A stretch of 64,000 bases of DNA from Candidatus Latescibacterota bacterium (GTDB lineage Bacteria; Latescibacterota; UBA2968; UBA8231). Position 1 is the first letter of the stretch. The number at the start of each line of letters is the position of its first letter. The notes below the pieces were generated by a model. It searched no databases. It was not told the DNA's origin and worked only from the letters and a program-made list of their open reading frames with translations. Location: contig CBDBIJ010000015.1 in NCBI GenBank assembly GCA_965205655.1, forward strand, positions 101,602 to 165,601, in the 5' to 3' direction. The translations under genes and the position numbers were made by a program. Positions 1 through 10,431 of the stretch are shown one piece after another.

Positions 1-383
1 ACATTGTAGACGCCGAGCGCCCTGATCGGCTCGTCGAGCTCGATCTCGCGTCGATCTATCTCATGCCCCTGATCTCGCAGCAACTCGGCGATACTTTGCG
101 CCGTTACCGACCCGTACAGACGGTCTCCTTCGCCAACCCTCACCTGTGCCGTCAGGGATGTCTTCGCCAGATGTTCGGCGAGGCTCTCGGCAGAACGCTG
201 TTCGCGATCGGCGGCCGCTTCGTGTTGTCGGCGCCTGGTCTCGAACTGGGCCACGTTGGCGTCTGTCGCCATGAGCGCCTGGCTGTGCGGGATTAAGAAG
301 TTTCGAGCGTATCCGTCGGCAACCTGAACGATGTCCCCGGCTTGTCCGACCCGCTCCACGTCTCTCAACAGAATTACTTTCAC
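1..383 (-). CDS. rplI: 50S ribosomal protein L9 (3' end outside window)
   Basis: Own translation from GTG at 383: MKVILLRDVERVGQAGDIVQVADGYARNFLIP...RLYGSVT; GGAGG RBS upstream; missed by the ORF track. Confidence 0.97.
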   Translation of the reverse strand, partial: MKVILLRDVERVGQAGDIVQVADGYARNFLIPHSQALMATDANVAQFETRRRQHEAAADREQRSAESLAEHLAKTSLTAQVRVGEGDRLYGSVTAQSIAELLRDQGHEIDRREIELDEPIRALGVYN

Positions 384-1210
384 TGCGAGTCACCTCCTGA
401 AGGTTCGGCGCGATGAGCGAGTCGGCGCCAGTCGAACCAGGTGTCCATGAGACCGACTCCCACCAGCAGCAGTGGCGCCGTGGCGAGAAGGACGGTGTAG
501 AATAGCACCTCCACCAGCCTGCTTATTCCCATACGCCACACGGCGTAGCGCGCCACTGACACTCCCTGCGCAGCATACAGAATGAGCATCACGGTCAGCA
601 GGTTGAGGGCGAAATCCTCGACCGTGCCGCTGCCGATGAGCCACAGTCCCATGCCACCGATGAGCACCCATATGAGCTGGTCCCAAAGGCGCCACGTCCG
701 CATGAGTGGCGCTGGCGGGACCGAAAGCCCGGTGCGTTCGGCGACGAACTGGCTGAGGCGGTACGACAGCACCGCCGCGAGTAGAATCGACACGAAGCTG
801 AACCCGGGCAGCAGGCGCACAGCCGTGAACATGAACACGCGAATGGCCTCTATATCCTGCGGCGACTGGACCCCCTCCAGTTGTGACAGTGCCTGATTCA
901 GTGCGTCCTGATTTTGGACCCACTCGTCTATGTAGGACATGAGCATGAGTCCGAGGACGAGTCCCGGGGCTGAGGCAGCAGCAATCACCTGCCCGTATGA
1001 CCGCTGTCGCTCTACCTGAACCGCGGCGATGAGCCCTACGAGCGGTGCCATCGCGAAGAAAGAGGCGGGCTCGGCGTCGATGACGCCGAGCAGCGCGGCC
1101 GCGAGAGGAAGGGCCGCCACGGGCGTGACATTCCGCGATCCGAACCTGCGGCACGCTAGCAGGACACCGGTGGGAAGAGCTATGGTCTCGAATAGCGCGA
1201 GCAGTGCCAT
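380..1210 (-). CDS. DUF2232/YybS-like membrane protein
   Basis: Multi-TM 276 aa ending GVGLMDTWFDWRRL; directly upstream of rplI with GTGA overlap. Confidence 0.8.
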   Translation of the reverse strand: MALLALFETIALPTGVLLACRRFGSRNVTPVAALPLAAALLGVIDAEPASFFAMAPLVGLIAAVQVERQRSYGQVIAAASAPGLVLGLMLMSYIDEWVQNQDALNQALSQLEGVQSPQDIEAIRVFMFTAVRLLPGFSFVSILLAAVLSYRLSQFVAERTGLSVPPAPLMRTWRLWDQLIWVLIGGMGLWLIGSGTVEDFALNLLTVMLILYAAQGVSVARYAVWRMGISRLVEVLFYTVLLATAPLLLVGVGLMDTWFDWRRLAHRAEPSGGDSQ

Positions 1211-1286
1211 CGAAATCTGAACGGACGAAGCGTATCTTCCGTTCGAGCATCATCACCGCAGGCTGGACATCCCGAAAGGCTCAAGG

Positions 1287-1880
1287 CTATCCCTCGGAGG
1301 CCTCCTCCTCGGCTTGAGCCACGGGTTCGGCGTCTTTGCCCGCTTGGGCATCGTCCGGCGCCGGCGCGTCCGTTGCTGGCGCGTCCCCTGGAGGCGCATC
1401 CGTTGCGGCGGGCGTCGGCTCTTCGCCATCGGCGCGACCAGCGGGCCGCGACGCGGTGCTTCGGCCCCCCGAGCGCTGGTCGTGCCGCTCAAACCGACCG
1501 CGGCCCCGCCCTCTGAAATGGCGATCGTCGCGAGTGTGGATGTAGACGGTGTCGGACTCCAGCTGCGGCACGCGCATGAATTCACCGTCGACGGCCACGA
1601 GCAGATGCCGCAAGACGCTCTCGTCGAGCATGAGCTCCCGCTGCAGATCGTCGAAGGCTCCCACCGGAGCAGTAAACTGGTAGAGCACGTAGTAGGCCTG
1701 TTGTCGCCGTTTCATACTCACGGAGGTGTAGGCGAGCTTTCGCAGTCCCCAGCGATCGATGTTGACCACCTCGGCGCCAGTATCGGCCAGCCGCCCTTCG
1801 AGCTTGGTCACCATCGATTCGAAGCCTTCGTCTTCCAGCTGTGAGTCAAGCACACAGACCAGTTCGTATTTCTTCACCAT
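1287..1880 (-). CDS. rpsF: 30S ribosomal protein S6 with long C-terminal tail
   Basis: KKYELVCVLD...WGLRKLAY...LDESVLRHLLV. Confidence 0.93.
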   Translation of the reverse strand: MVKKYELVCVLDSQLEDEGFESMVTKLEGRLADTGAEVVNIDRWGLRKLAYTSVSMKRRQQAYYVLYQFTAPVGAFDDLQRELMLDESVLRHLLVAVDGEFMRVPQLESDTVYIHTRDDRHFRGRGRGRFERHDQRSGGRSTASRPAGRADGEEPTPAATDAPPGDAPATDAPAPDDAQAGKDAEPVAQAEEEASEG

Positions 1881-1899
1881 ACGCCTTCTCCTTCAGAGC

Positions 1900-3960
1900 C
1901 TATATCAGGTTCAGTCCATAGCGCACGAACAGCGGCGCCAAAACAAGTGAAATGACGGACATGAGCTTGATCAGAATGTTCATCGACGGGCCCGATGTGT
2001 CCTTGAAAGGATCGCCCACTGTGTCGCCGACAACAGCGGCCTTGTGGGGATCCGACCCCTTGCCTCCGAGATTGCCTTGCTCGATCCACTTCTTCGCATT
2101 GTCCCAGGCGCCGCCACTGTTGGCCATCATCAGGGCAAGTAGCACGCCGCTGACCGTCGCTCCGGCCAGCATTCCCCCCAAGGGGACCGGTCCGAGAATG
2201 AAACCGACGGCGACCGGCGCCAGCACGGCTGTCATACCGGGCAGGACCATCTCCCTGAGAGCAGCCGCGGCGCTGATATCGACACAGCGGCGTGTGTCGG
2301 GCTTTGCCGTTCCGTCCATGAGGCCGGGAATCTCCCGGAACTGGCGCCGCACTTCTTCGACCATTTGGTAGGCCGCCTTGCCCACCGAATTCATCGTCAT
2401 CGCCGCGCCGAGATAGGGTATCATGGCGCCGATGAAGAGCCCGATGACGACGCCGGGCGTGGTGAGATCGACGACGACCGCCTCGCCGCTGGTCTCGCGC
2501 ACTGTCGAGACGTACGCCGAGAACAGGGCCAGGGCGGTGAGGGCTGCCGATCCGATGGCGAATCCCTTCCCCATGGCCGCCGTCGTGTTGCCCAGGGCAT
2601 CCAGGCCGTCGGTGATCGCCCGCGTGTCTTCTCCAAGATGGGCCTGCTCGCTTATTCCGCCGGCGTTATCGGCAATCGGTCCGTAGGCGTCGACAGACAT
2701 GGTGATCCCGACAGTCGACAACATTCCCACAGCAGCGACGCCTATGCCATACAGATCGGCGAAGTGGTACCCAAGGCCGATGGCGATGACGATACCGAGA
2801 ACCGGCAGGGCCGTGCTCTCCATGCCCACCGCCAAGCCCGTGATGATGTTCGTCGCCGACCCGGTCTTGGAGGCCTCGGCGATGCTGCGGATCGGCGGTC
2901 CGCCGGTGTAGTACTCCGTCAGCAGGCCGATGATGACGCCGACGAGGCTGCCGAAAAGAACGGCCCAGAATACCCCCGTGGAGAGGCCCAGCTCACCTCC
3001 GATCCAGTAGGCGCCTGCCATCATGAGGACGGCCGAGAGCCAGGTGGAGTAGCGCAGTGCGGCGGCGGGATCGACGTTTTGCAAGACCCGGACGGCGAGC
3101 ACGCCGAGCAAGGAGGCCGCCAGTCCGATAGTGATGACGAGGAGGGGGTAGGACATGGCAGCCAGGCGCGCCTCCGTTTCCACGACACCGGGCGCCAGAA
3201 TACCCAGCACCGATGCGGAGGCGGTGGCGGCGATGGCGATGGTGGCGATGACGGAGCCCACGTAGGATTCGAAGATGTCGGCGCCCATGCCGGCCACGTC
3301 GCCGACATTGTCCCCCACGTTGTCGGCGATGGTGGCCGGATTGCGGGGATCGTCCTCGGGAATGTTCTCCTCCACCTTGCCCACCAGATCGGCGCCCACA
3401 TCGGCGCTCTTCGTGAAAATGCCACCTCCGACACGGGCGAACAGAGCGATTGAGCTCGCCCCCATGGCGAAGCCGTTGATGGCGGGGGCATTGTCGGCGT
3501 TGTCCCAGATGCCGAACAGCTGACACAGAGAGCCGATTCCGACCAGCCCGAGACTGGCCACCGCCAGACCCATTACCGCACCTCCCGAAAAAGCCATATT
3601 GAGCGCTGGACCCTGGCCCCGAGTACTGGCCGCTTGAGCGGTGCGGACGTTGGCTCGGGTCGCCGCCTTCATACCCGAAAACCCGGCGACGATGGAACAA
3701 GCGGCGCCAGCGAGAAAGGCAAAGGCCGTTTCGCGCGGCTCAACGCCCCACAACAACAGCAGAAAGACGGCGACGACGAAGACGAGGAGGATCGTGTACT
3801 CGCGCTTCAGGAATGCCATGGACCCTTCGTGTATGGCCTCGGCGATGTCGATCATCTCTTGGCTACCGGCATCGTTGGCCTTGATGTAGCGGTAGATGAT
3901 GAGCGCCACGAGCAGTCCGGCTACACCCGCGAAAGGCGCCAAATTCGTCCATGTTTCCAT
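1900..3960 (-). CDS. hppA: Membrane-bound pyrophosphatase, K+-dependent, probably Na+-translocating
   Basis: [26 protein letters not shown] (Ala = K+-dependent), GADIFESY (Glu at the Na+-PPase position), [10 protein letters not shown]. Confidence 0.95.
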   Translation of the reverse strand: METWTNLAPFAGVAGLLVALIIYRYIKANDAGSQEMIDIAEAIHEGSMAFLKREYTILLVFVVAVFLLLLWGVEPRETAFAFLAGAACSIVAGFSGMKAATRANVRTAQAASTRGQGPALNMAFSGGAVMGLAVASLGLVGIGSLCQLFGIWDNADNAPAINGFAMGASSIALFARVGGGIFTKSADVGADLVGKVEENIPEDDPRNPATIADNVGDNVGDVAGMGADIFESYVGSVIATIAIAATASASVLGILAPGVVETEARLAAMSYPLLVITIGLAASLLGVLAVRVLQNVDPAAALRYSTWLSAVLMMAGAYWIGGELGLSTGVFWAVLFGSLVGVIIGLLTEYYTGGPPIRSIAEASKTGSATNIITGLAVGMESTALPVLGIVIAIGLGYHFADLYGIGVAAVGMLSTVGITMSVDAYGPIADNAGGISEQAHLGEDTRAITDGLDALGNTTAAMGKGFAIGSAALTALALFSAYVSTVRETSGEAVVVDLTTPGVVIGLFIGAMIPYLGAAMTMNSVGKAAYQMVEEVRRQFREIPGLMDGTAKPDTRRCVDISAAAALREMVLPGMTAVLAPVAVGFILGPVPLGGMLAGATVSGVLLALMMANSGGAWDNAKKWIEQGNLGGKGSDPHKAAVVGDTVGDPFKDTSGPSMNILIKLMSVISLVLAPLFVRYGLNLI

Positions 3961-3994
3961 GTCGTTTATCTCTTTCCCCCCATTCGATACGACC

Positions 3995-4585
3995 TCAGAG
4001 AGGAGGATAGCCGTTGAAGCGATTCATCGCCGCGTCGATCCCCTCCGAGATGCAGCTGGTCACGGCCTCGCATCCTCTTCGCACGAGGCCTTCCACGTCC
4101 TCTCCCGGCTCGAAGCTCGTCAACACGTAGTCGATTTCCACGTCCTCCTCCGGCACCTGCCCGATGCCGAGACGCACGCGGGGAATCTCCTCCGTTCCCA
4201 TGGCATCGATAACGGAAGCCAAGCCATTGTGGCCGCCATCGCCGCCGGCTGCTCTCAGGCGGACGCGTCCGAAATCGAGGTTGAAATCGTCGAGGACGAT
4301 GAGCAGGTCGCCGAAATCGAACGACTCGCGGCTCAAGGCCAGCAAGGCCCGACCGCTCCGGTTCATGTAGGTCTGCGGCTTGACGAGCAGGACCTTCTCA
4401 GATCTCGCCTTCGCCCTGGCGATTAGACTTGTCGGTTCCCCGTCCGGGTTGCTCGACCACGGAGCGGACCATTGGCGAGCCAGGCCGTCAACTACCATGA
4501 AGCCGATATTGTGTCTGGTTCCCGCGTAGCGCGTGCCCGGATTTCCCAGGCCGACGACGACGCGTGCGAGTCCGTGACTCCCCAC
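3995..4585 (-). CDS. pth: Peptidyl-tRNA hydrolase
   Basis: VGLGNPG...[23 protein letters not shown]. Confidence 0.97.
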   Translation of the reverse strand: MGSHGLARVVVGLGNPGTRYAGTRHNIGFMVVDGLARQWSAPWSSNPDGEPTSLIARAKARSEKVLLVKPQTYMNRSGRALLALSRESFDFGDLLIVLDDFNLDFGRVRLRAAGGDGGHNGLASVIDAMGTEEIPRVRLGIGQVPEEDVEIDYVLTSFEPGEDVEGLVRRGCEAVTSCISEGIDAAMNRFNGYPPL

Positions 4586-4592
4586 TCGACGA

Positions 4593-5327
4593 TCAGCTCT
4601 CCTCGCCGGACTCTTCCTGCGCTTCGCCCTCTGGCTCCTCCGCTTCGGCCGGCGCCTCTTCGCCTTCTGGCAGCTCGCCCTCCTCCAGCTCCACTTCCTC
4701 GTCTTCTGCTGCCAGCTCGATCTCTTCGTCTACCGTCAGTCGCGGCGGCAGCACGCTGACGATGGCCACCCCGGCTTCGGTCGTGATTCGCTTTTCCTGG
4801 TCGAGCAGATCTCCCACATGAATGCTCTGGTCGATCTCAAGATCCGAAATATCGATCTCGATGCGGGATGGCAGCTCTGAGGCCAGACACTCCATCTGTA
4901 CCTGAGTCAGCGTATGCTGCAGCCCACCACCGCCGATACGCACGCCCACCGGGATCCCGCTGGTCACGAGTGGCACATCGATACGGACCCGCTCGTCGGG
5001 GTCGATGCGCTGCATGTCCACGTGCATGATGTCTCCCGTTACCTTGTGGTACTGAATCTCGCGGACGACGGCCCTATCGGGTTCGGCGCCATTACCGTCG
5101 AACTGCAAAAGAAATATGGCATTCTGTCCCCCTTGACTCAGAGCCCGTTCCAGCGACCGCGCCGCGATCTTGAACGCGAGGGGATCCTGTTTATGGCCGT
5201 AAAGAATGCCCGGCAACATGTGATCCTCACGCCGCAGCCGCCCCACCGGGCCCTTGCCCCTCTGCGGTCGGTCTGAGATCGTCAGGCCGACCTCTTCGCG
5301 TTGATAGATCTGCATCTCTACAGCCAT
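4593..5327 (-). CDS. rplY: 50S ribosomal protein L25/Ctc
   Basis: RLRR...PGILYG, VREIQYH...HVD, acidic tail; start moved to ATG 5327 because the ORF-track start lies inside a tRNA. Confidence 0.95.
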   Translation of the reverse strand: MAVEMQIYQREEVGLTISDRPQRGKGPVGRLRREDHMLPGILYGHKQDPLAFKIAARSLERALSQGGQNAIFLLQFDGNGAEPDRAVVREIQYHKVTGDIMHVDMQRIDPDERVRIDVPLVTSGIPVGVRIGGGGLQHTLTQVQMECLASELPSRIEIDISDLEIDQSIHVGDLLDQEKRITTEAGVAIVSVLPPRLTVDEEIELAAEDEEVELEEGELPEGEEAPAEAEEPEGEAQEESGEES

Positions 5328-5347
5328 GCGGAACTCCTCGAATTGTC

Positions 5348-5422
5348 TGGCTGCCCGGCGAGGACTCGAACCTCGATAGACGGAACCAAAATCCGTTGTC
5401 CTACCAGTTGAACGACCGGGCA
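5348..5422 (-). tRNA. tRNA-Gln(TTG)
   Basis: Anticodon arm ACGGA-TT-TTG-GT-TCCGT, T-loop GGTTCGAGTCC, CCA end; usual ispE-tRNA-Gln synteny. Confidence 0.96.
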
Positions 5423-5426
5423 ACCT

Positions 5427-6362
5427 CTACAGCACTGGCCGACAAAAAAACGACCGGAACCATTTCGCCTTCAGCCCGTCACAGGCCTGGGAGGCGGCGT
5501 TCCGATCGTCGAATATCCCGTAAACGGCGGACCCGGTCCCGGACATGGAGCATACCCTGGCTCCGGCCCGCCGGACGTGGTCAGCCACTTCTGCGACGAT
5601 GGGGTTGGCTCGTTCGACAAGCGGCTGGAAATCATTCTCCACCACCTCCAGAAGCTCTCGCGAGTCGACGCGCCCGCCGCTAACAGAATCGAGGAACCTA
5701 CGATAGGCCGATGAGATTGTCAAAGGCGGCCGGAGCTGGCCGTATGCCCAGGCAGTGCTGATTTCCACCTCTGGATAGACGAGTACGTAGTGCAGATCGG
5801 TACCCTGAAACTCGATGGTCTCGACGATCTCGCCGCGGCCGCGCACGAGCGCCGTTCCTCCATTGAGAAGAAAGGGAACGTCCGATCCCAGCTGCTCGGC
5901 GAGTTCGAGCAGAGTGTCTTCGGCCAGGCGGGCGCCCGTCACAGTGTTCAGGCCGCGCAAGGTGGCAGCGGCATCGGCACTGCCACCACCCAGCCCGGCG
6001 CCACGCGGAATCAGTTTGTCTAAGTGGAGGTGGAAGTCGACACTGGCTTCGACGTGAGTGCCGAAGAGGCGCACGGCCCTCATCACGAGGTTGTCTTCAC
6101 CAGTCGACAAGCCGGGGTCGTTGCAGCTCATCCTCGACGTCGATCCCGGCGCCGGGTAGAATTGGAGAGTGTCCCCCAGATCGATCGTCTGCATAATACT
6201 GCGTATTTCGTGAAATCCGTCGTCGCGGCGGCCCAGGACGCAGAGCCCCAGATTGATCTTCGCCCACGCTCTTTCCGTATGCGCGGCATCCTGAGTCATG
6301 CCACTTTTGGCAGCATCTTTGCCGATTTTGTCATTATGATGTCCACGTGTGTCTTTGGTCAC
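5427..6362 (-). CDS. ispE: 4-diphosphocytidyl-2-C-methyl-D-erythritol kinase (start uncertain)
   Basis: AKINLGL...RDDGFHEI, IPRGAGLGGGSADAA, LGSDVPF, MSGTGS. Confidence 0.95.
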   Translation of the reverse strand: MTKDTRGHHNDKIGKDAAKSGMTQDAAHTERAWAKINLGLCVLGRRDDGFHEIRSIMQTIDLGDTLQFYPAPGSTSRMSCNDPGLSTGEDNLVMRAVRLFGTHVEASVDFHLHLDKLIPRGAGLGGGSADAAATLRGLNTVTGARLAEDTLLELAEQLGSDVPFLLNGGTALVRGRGEIVETIEFQGTDLHYVLVYPEVEISTAWAYGQLRPPLTISSAYRRFLDSVSGGRVDSRELLEVVENDFQPLVERANPIVAEVADHVRRAGARVCSMSGTGSAVYGIFDDRNAASQACDGLKAKWFRSFFCRPVL

Positions 6363-6389
6363 AGTCGTTTCACATCATACGAGCGAGTA

Positions 6390-6418
6390 TTGACCTGTCC
6401 GGGCACGCGGCATATTAT
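6390..6418 (+). promoter_or_regulatory. sigma70-like promoter for the TPR-CRP-...-ccm block
   Basis: TTGACC-17 nt-TATTAT. Confidence 0.6.
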
Positions 6419-6503
6419 GGGTAACCATATAGAATATACAGGTGTTACCGCGGTTCTACTCTCGCCATCTCGCGCCCTCAGGCGCGTCTCTCCCGCATTT
6501 CAT

Positions 6504-9500
6504 TTGACAGTTTTCACGAATCTCTGGTATTCAATATCGGCGTCGGCCGGCGGCGATCATCAGCGGGTCCAGCGACGAGCGGGCGAGACTGTTTCGGGTC
6601 GGATCCCCCGACTCCGCGCTGCCGCGTTTCTGCTGTTGCTTCCGGCTGCGCTGTGGTCGCAAGATGAGGAGGACGCCTTCAAGCTCGCCCGCAACTTGTT
6701 CCGCGATGCCGGGGATTGGGCAACCTCAGCGGAGCTGTTTTCCGATTTCATCCGCAACTGGCCGGTTTCCTCACACCTGCCGGAAGCCCGACTCATGCTG
6801 GCTCGATCGCTCGACCGAAGTGGTCGCTGCGACCAGGCGATCAAGGCCTACGAGGACTTCTATCAGAACCACGCAGACGACAGCAACACCAGTGTGGCGC
6901 GGCTGGAACGAGCCGGCTGCCTGCGGGATGAGGGCCACCACACCTTGGCCGCCGCGGCCTTCGAAGAAGTGCAGCGGCTCTTCAGCGCCGGTGAGTTTGC
7001 ACCCCGAGCGCTGCTCGCCGCCGCCACTGAGTACGCCAGTGTAGGCGATTTAGAGGCGGCCGCCAGGTCGTATCGGCTCGTCCTCTCCGACTACGCCGAT
7101 AGCGACGAGGCCGTGACGTCCCGGCTGCGACTGGCGCAGGTGCTGTTCGCTGCCGGTGAGGCGAATTCTGCTCAGGACGTGCTCGCCGAGCTCGAAGCGA
7201 AGGCTCCGATCTCGGCTCAAGCCCGGAACGGCCTGCTGCTCTCGGGGCGAATCTCCTTGTTCATGTCGGAGCCCGAAGCCGCGAGTCAGGCTTTCTATAG
7301 GTTGCGGCGGGACCACCCCGGCTCACCGCACGCTGACAGCGGTGCTGTCGATCTCGCGAGGCATCTTCTTGAGCGAGGTGATCACAAAAAGGCCGCCGCG
7401 GCGTTCGTCGCCGCAAGAGACCGCGTTTCCGACGAGAGCCTGATGCTGCAGGCCTCCCTCGGACTCGGCGACGCCCAGCGAGCTGGCAGCGCCTACCCAG
7501 GGGCCATCGACACCTATCAGGCGCTGCTGGCGTCGTCCCCGCAGGGGCCCGAGGCGAGGCGCGCCCGCCTCGGTTTGGCAATCGCCTTCGGCTGGGTAGA
7601 CGAGTTCGCCGCCGCCCTCACTCTCTTTCTCGATCTCGCTCGAGCGCCAGACGGTTCCGGCGCCGAATCGACGGCTCTCGACAATGACGTTCGGCTAGGC
7701 GCCCTCCGCGAGTTGGGCAGCCTATGTCGACGACAAGGCGACTTCAGTCGCGCCATCACGTGGTTTCATCGCTATCTCGTGGAGGCGGATCGGGTGGGCG
7801 ATACGGGCTTTGCCGAGTCGCGTGTGCAGCGCGATCTCGTCAGACTCAATCTGGCTCACGCCTACATCGGCGCCGGGCACAGCGAGCTCGCCATCGCGGC
7901 ATACCGCCAGTTGCAGAGCAGCCCGTCCCCTCTCGCCGAGGAGGCTCACCGAGGTCTCGCCGAGGCCTACGAGCGGTCCGGGTCACCCCGCCTCGCCCTC
8001 GCTGAATACCGCGCTTTCATGGAACGCTTTCCCGGACTGGCCGGGTCGCAGCGCATCCACGACCGAATCGAGTATCTCAGCGATTTCACCGTTCTCGATC
8101 CGAGCGGGCTGAGCCGCGTTATACAACAGGCCTATCTCGACGAGGTCAACGGTCGTTCACCGCGCTCCAGTCTTCTCAACCTCGCCCACAACCTCAAAGA
8201 GTTTCACGACTACGCCAACGCGGCTCGCACCTTCGAGACCTATGCGGCCTCCTTCGGCGATGACGCGTCGGTTCCCGAGGCTCAGTATTGGCTGGCCGAG
8301 TGCCTGGGGCAGCTGGCACGGCAGCGCCAACTCGAGGGTCGGCTGGCACAATCGGACTCCCTCCGGAAGCTGTCACTCCAGGAGTTGCGCATTCTGTCGG
8401 AAGAGGGCGGAGAATCGTGGTCGCGCCGGGCCCGCCTGAGACTCATCCAGGCCGAGGCTGACGCCGCGCCCGACTCGAGTCGAGAGCAGATCCTGGAAGC
8501 TGACCTGACGGCGTTCCTGGACTCGCAGCAGGACCTGAGCGACAGCTCTGGCGCAACAGATGACGCTGCTGCCGAGGCCGTGATACTGCTGGCCGACCTG
8601 CGACGACGCCGGGCTCGGTCGAACGCGGAGTTGTGGCCGGCGGCGGCAGCGGGCTACAGCGAGTTTCTGCGGCGGTTTGCCCCCACCCACCCGCTGCGGC
8701 ACCACGCTCGATTCGGGCTCGCTGTGTGTCTCGTGCAACAAGGGGAGGTCGACAGGGGCGTCGACTCGCTCGAGACACTGCTCGGCGATATGCCCAGCTC
8801 GCCGGTGGTGGCGGAGGCGCTGTTTGCGCTCGGGCAGGCACTTATCGCGCAGGAACGGCACGATCAGGCGGTGGGCCGTTTCAGGGAAATCCTGATGGCC
8901 TACCCGTCGTTCATTCAGCGTCGGACGGTCCTGCGCAAACTGGCCGATACGCATTTCCTGCTTGGAGAAGTTGCGACGGCCGTCAAGCTCTATCGACAGG
9001 TGGCCGAATGGCCCGGTTCGGAAGACGAATCCTACGCCATCCGGTGTCGACTGGCAGAATCTCATAGCCGCCTGGGCCAGCACCGAGAGGCGCTCGAGAC
9101 ATACGACAAGCTCCTTTCGATGGGGGCGGCGGAGGCGGACAGCATCGACTTCGAGCGCGGGCGCACTCTCGTGCGCCTGAAGCAAGTCGATGAGGCATTG
9201 CGAGTGTTCACCCGTCTGAGTGGATTGGGGGAGAGCCCCGTATCCGACCGCGCCAGACGGCATGGGGCCGATCTGCTGTTCGAGCAGAGTCGCTATGCCG
9301 AGGCCCACGACATGTACTCACCCCTCGTCGCCGATGGCGATCGGCGAGTTTTCGGTCGAAACGTCATTTGCCTGTGGCGCCTCGACCGCGTCGATGGCGC
9401 CGAAAACGCAGGCGGCGCATTCGTCAAGCGCTATGGGCGCGACTCTCTGTGGCCGTCCCTCTTCCGGCTCGAGGAGGGTCGTCACTACCTTCGAGGCGGT

Positions 9501-10364
9501 ATCTACGAAAAGGCCGAGGAGATCTTCGCAAAGCTGGAAAGGGAGACAACCGAAGGCGAGAAACCGAAAGAGTTCGAGGACGAGAGCGCACTTCTGGCGC
9601 CTGCCGCGGAGGACATCGCCGCGGCGGCGGCCTACTTCGCGGCCACGGCGCGGTGGGAGGCGAACAAGTCACAGCCGAGCGAGAAGGGGCTGGCCAAGGC
9701 GCTCAAAGCTCAGATGGATTTTCTCGACAGCTACCCCGACAACCCGTTTGCCGCCAGGACATACCTCCGGCGCGGCGAGTTTCACTACACCCACAAGAGG
9801 TATCTACGCGCGGCGGGAGACTTCAAACGCGTCCTCGAGGACGGCGGAACGAAACAAGAGAAAGAACGCGCAATTTGGATGCTCTTGGCGGCGTACACAA
9901 AGAGTAACGCCTACGACAACGCCTACCGCACGGCTCTGCGACTCACGATGGAGTTTCCGGATCATTCTCAAACGAATGCCGTACAACTCGAAATCGGCTA
10001 CATTCTAAGTCAGATGGGGCAGTACACCTCTGCCATCACTCATCTCGAGGGCGTTCTCGAATGGGCCTCGGGAGATCAGGCCGCCGAGGCTCGCTACCTC
10101 ATCGGCGAGGCCTACCAGAACAAGGGCGAGTACCGCACGGCGATAAAGCGCTACTACGACGTCAGCTACCACAGTACTGACGCCTCGAGCCAATGGATCA
10201 CCAATGCCGACTACAAACGCGCCACCTGCCACGAAGCCCTTGGCGAGTTTACCACGGCCATCAGCATTTACGAGAAGATCATCCGGCAGAATGGCAGTGA
10301 CAGCAGCTACGGAAAGGCGGCACGGAAAGCAATCGACTCTCTCCGGGAGCGGGGCGAGGACTGA
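6504..10364 (+). CDS. Giant exported tetratricopeptide-repeat protein (BamD/CpoB-like repeats); start uncertain
   Basis: Signal-peptide-like RLRAAAFLLLLPAALWS, then ~1230 aa of TPR pairs ending in (F/Y)P..s..a..A motifs. Confidence 0.85.
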   Translation: MTVFTNLWYSISASAGGDHQRVQRRAGETVSGRIPRLRAAAFLLLLPAALWSQDEEDAFKLARNLFRDAGDWATSAELFSDFIRNWPVSSHLPEARLMLARSLDRSGRCDQAIKAYEDFYQNHADDSNTSVARLERAGCLRDEGHHTLAAAAFEEVQRLFSAGEFAPRALLAAATEYASVGDLEAAARSYRLVLSDYADSDEAVTSRLRLAQVLFAAGEANSAQDVLAELEAKAPISAQARNGLLLSGRISLFMSEPEAASQAFYRLRRDHPGSPHADSGAVDLARHLLERGDHKKAAAAFVAARDRVSDESLMLQASLGLGDAQRAGSAYPGAIDTYQALLASSPQGPEARRARLGLAIAFGWVDEFAAALTLFLDLARAPDGSGAESTALDNDVRLGALRELGSLCRRQGDFSRAITWFHRYLVEADRVGDTGFAESRVQRDLVRLNLAHAYIGAGHSELAIAAYRQLQSSPSPLAEEAHRGLAEAYERSGSPRLALAEYRAFMERFPGLAGSQRIHDRIEYLSDFTVLDPSGLSRVIQQAYLDEVNGRSPRSSLLNLAHNLKEFHDYANAARTFETYAASFGDDASVPEAQYWLAECLGQLARQRQLEGRLAQSDSLRKLSLQELRILSEEGGESWSRRARLRLIQAEADAAPDSSREQILEADLTAFLDSQQDLSDSSGATDDAAAEAVILLADLRRRRARSNAELWPAAAAGYSEFLRRFAPTHPLRHHARFGLAVCLVQQGEVDRGVDSLETLLGDMPSSPVVAEALFALGQALIAQERHDQAVGRFREILMAYPSFIQRRTVLRKLADTHFLLGEVATAVKLYRQVAEWPGSEDESYAIRCRLAESHSRLGQHREALETYDKLLSMGAAEADSIDFERGRTLVRLKQVDEALRVFTRLSGLGESPVSDRARRHGADLLFEQSRYAEAHDMYSPLVADGDRRVFGRNVICLWRLDRVDGAENAGGAFVKRYGRDSLWPSLFRLEEGRHYLRGGIYEKAEEIFAKLERETTEGEKPKEFEDESALLAPAAEDIAAAAAYFAATARWEANKSQPSEKGLAKALKAQMDFLDSYPDNPFAARTYLRRGEFHYTHKRYLRAAGDFKRVLEDGGTKQEKERAIWMLLAAYTKSNAYDNAYRTALRLTMEFPDHSQTNAVQLEIGYILSQMGQYTSAITHLEGVLEWASGDQAAEARYLIGEAYQNKGEYRTAIKRYYDVSYHSTDASSQWITNADYKRATCHEALGEFTTAISIYEKIIRQNGSDSSYGKAARKAIDSLRERGED

Positions 10365-10431
10365 TCTGTCAGTCGGGGCAGGCATGCGCTCGCCTGGCTG
10401 CGACCGGATTTGAGAGGAACGGACGGTACAG

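Noticed and set aside
2365..3700. Long antisense or alternate-frame ORFs over hppA (likewise 12879-14977, 36059-38734, 50278-51363, 56826-57956)
   Set aside because: Shadow ORFs expected from high-GC codon bias; no motifs, and they overlap well-supported genes
5328..5423. N-terminal extension of L25
   Set aside because: Runs through tRNA-Gln; ATG 5327 has a GAGGAG RBS
6024..6503. ORF-track N-terminus of the 1446-aa ORF
   Set aside because: Overlaps ispE on the other strand and the promoter region; the signal peptide begins near 6600
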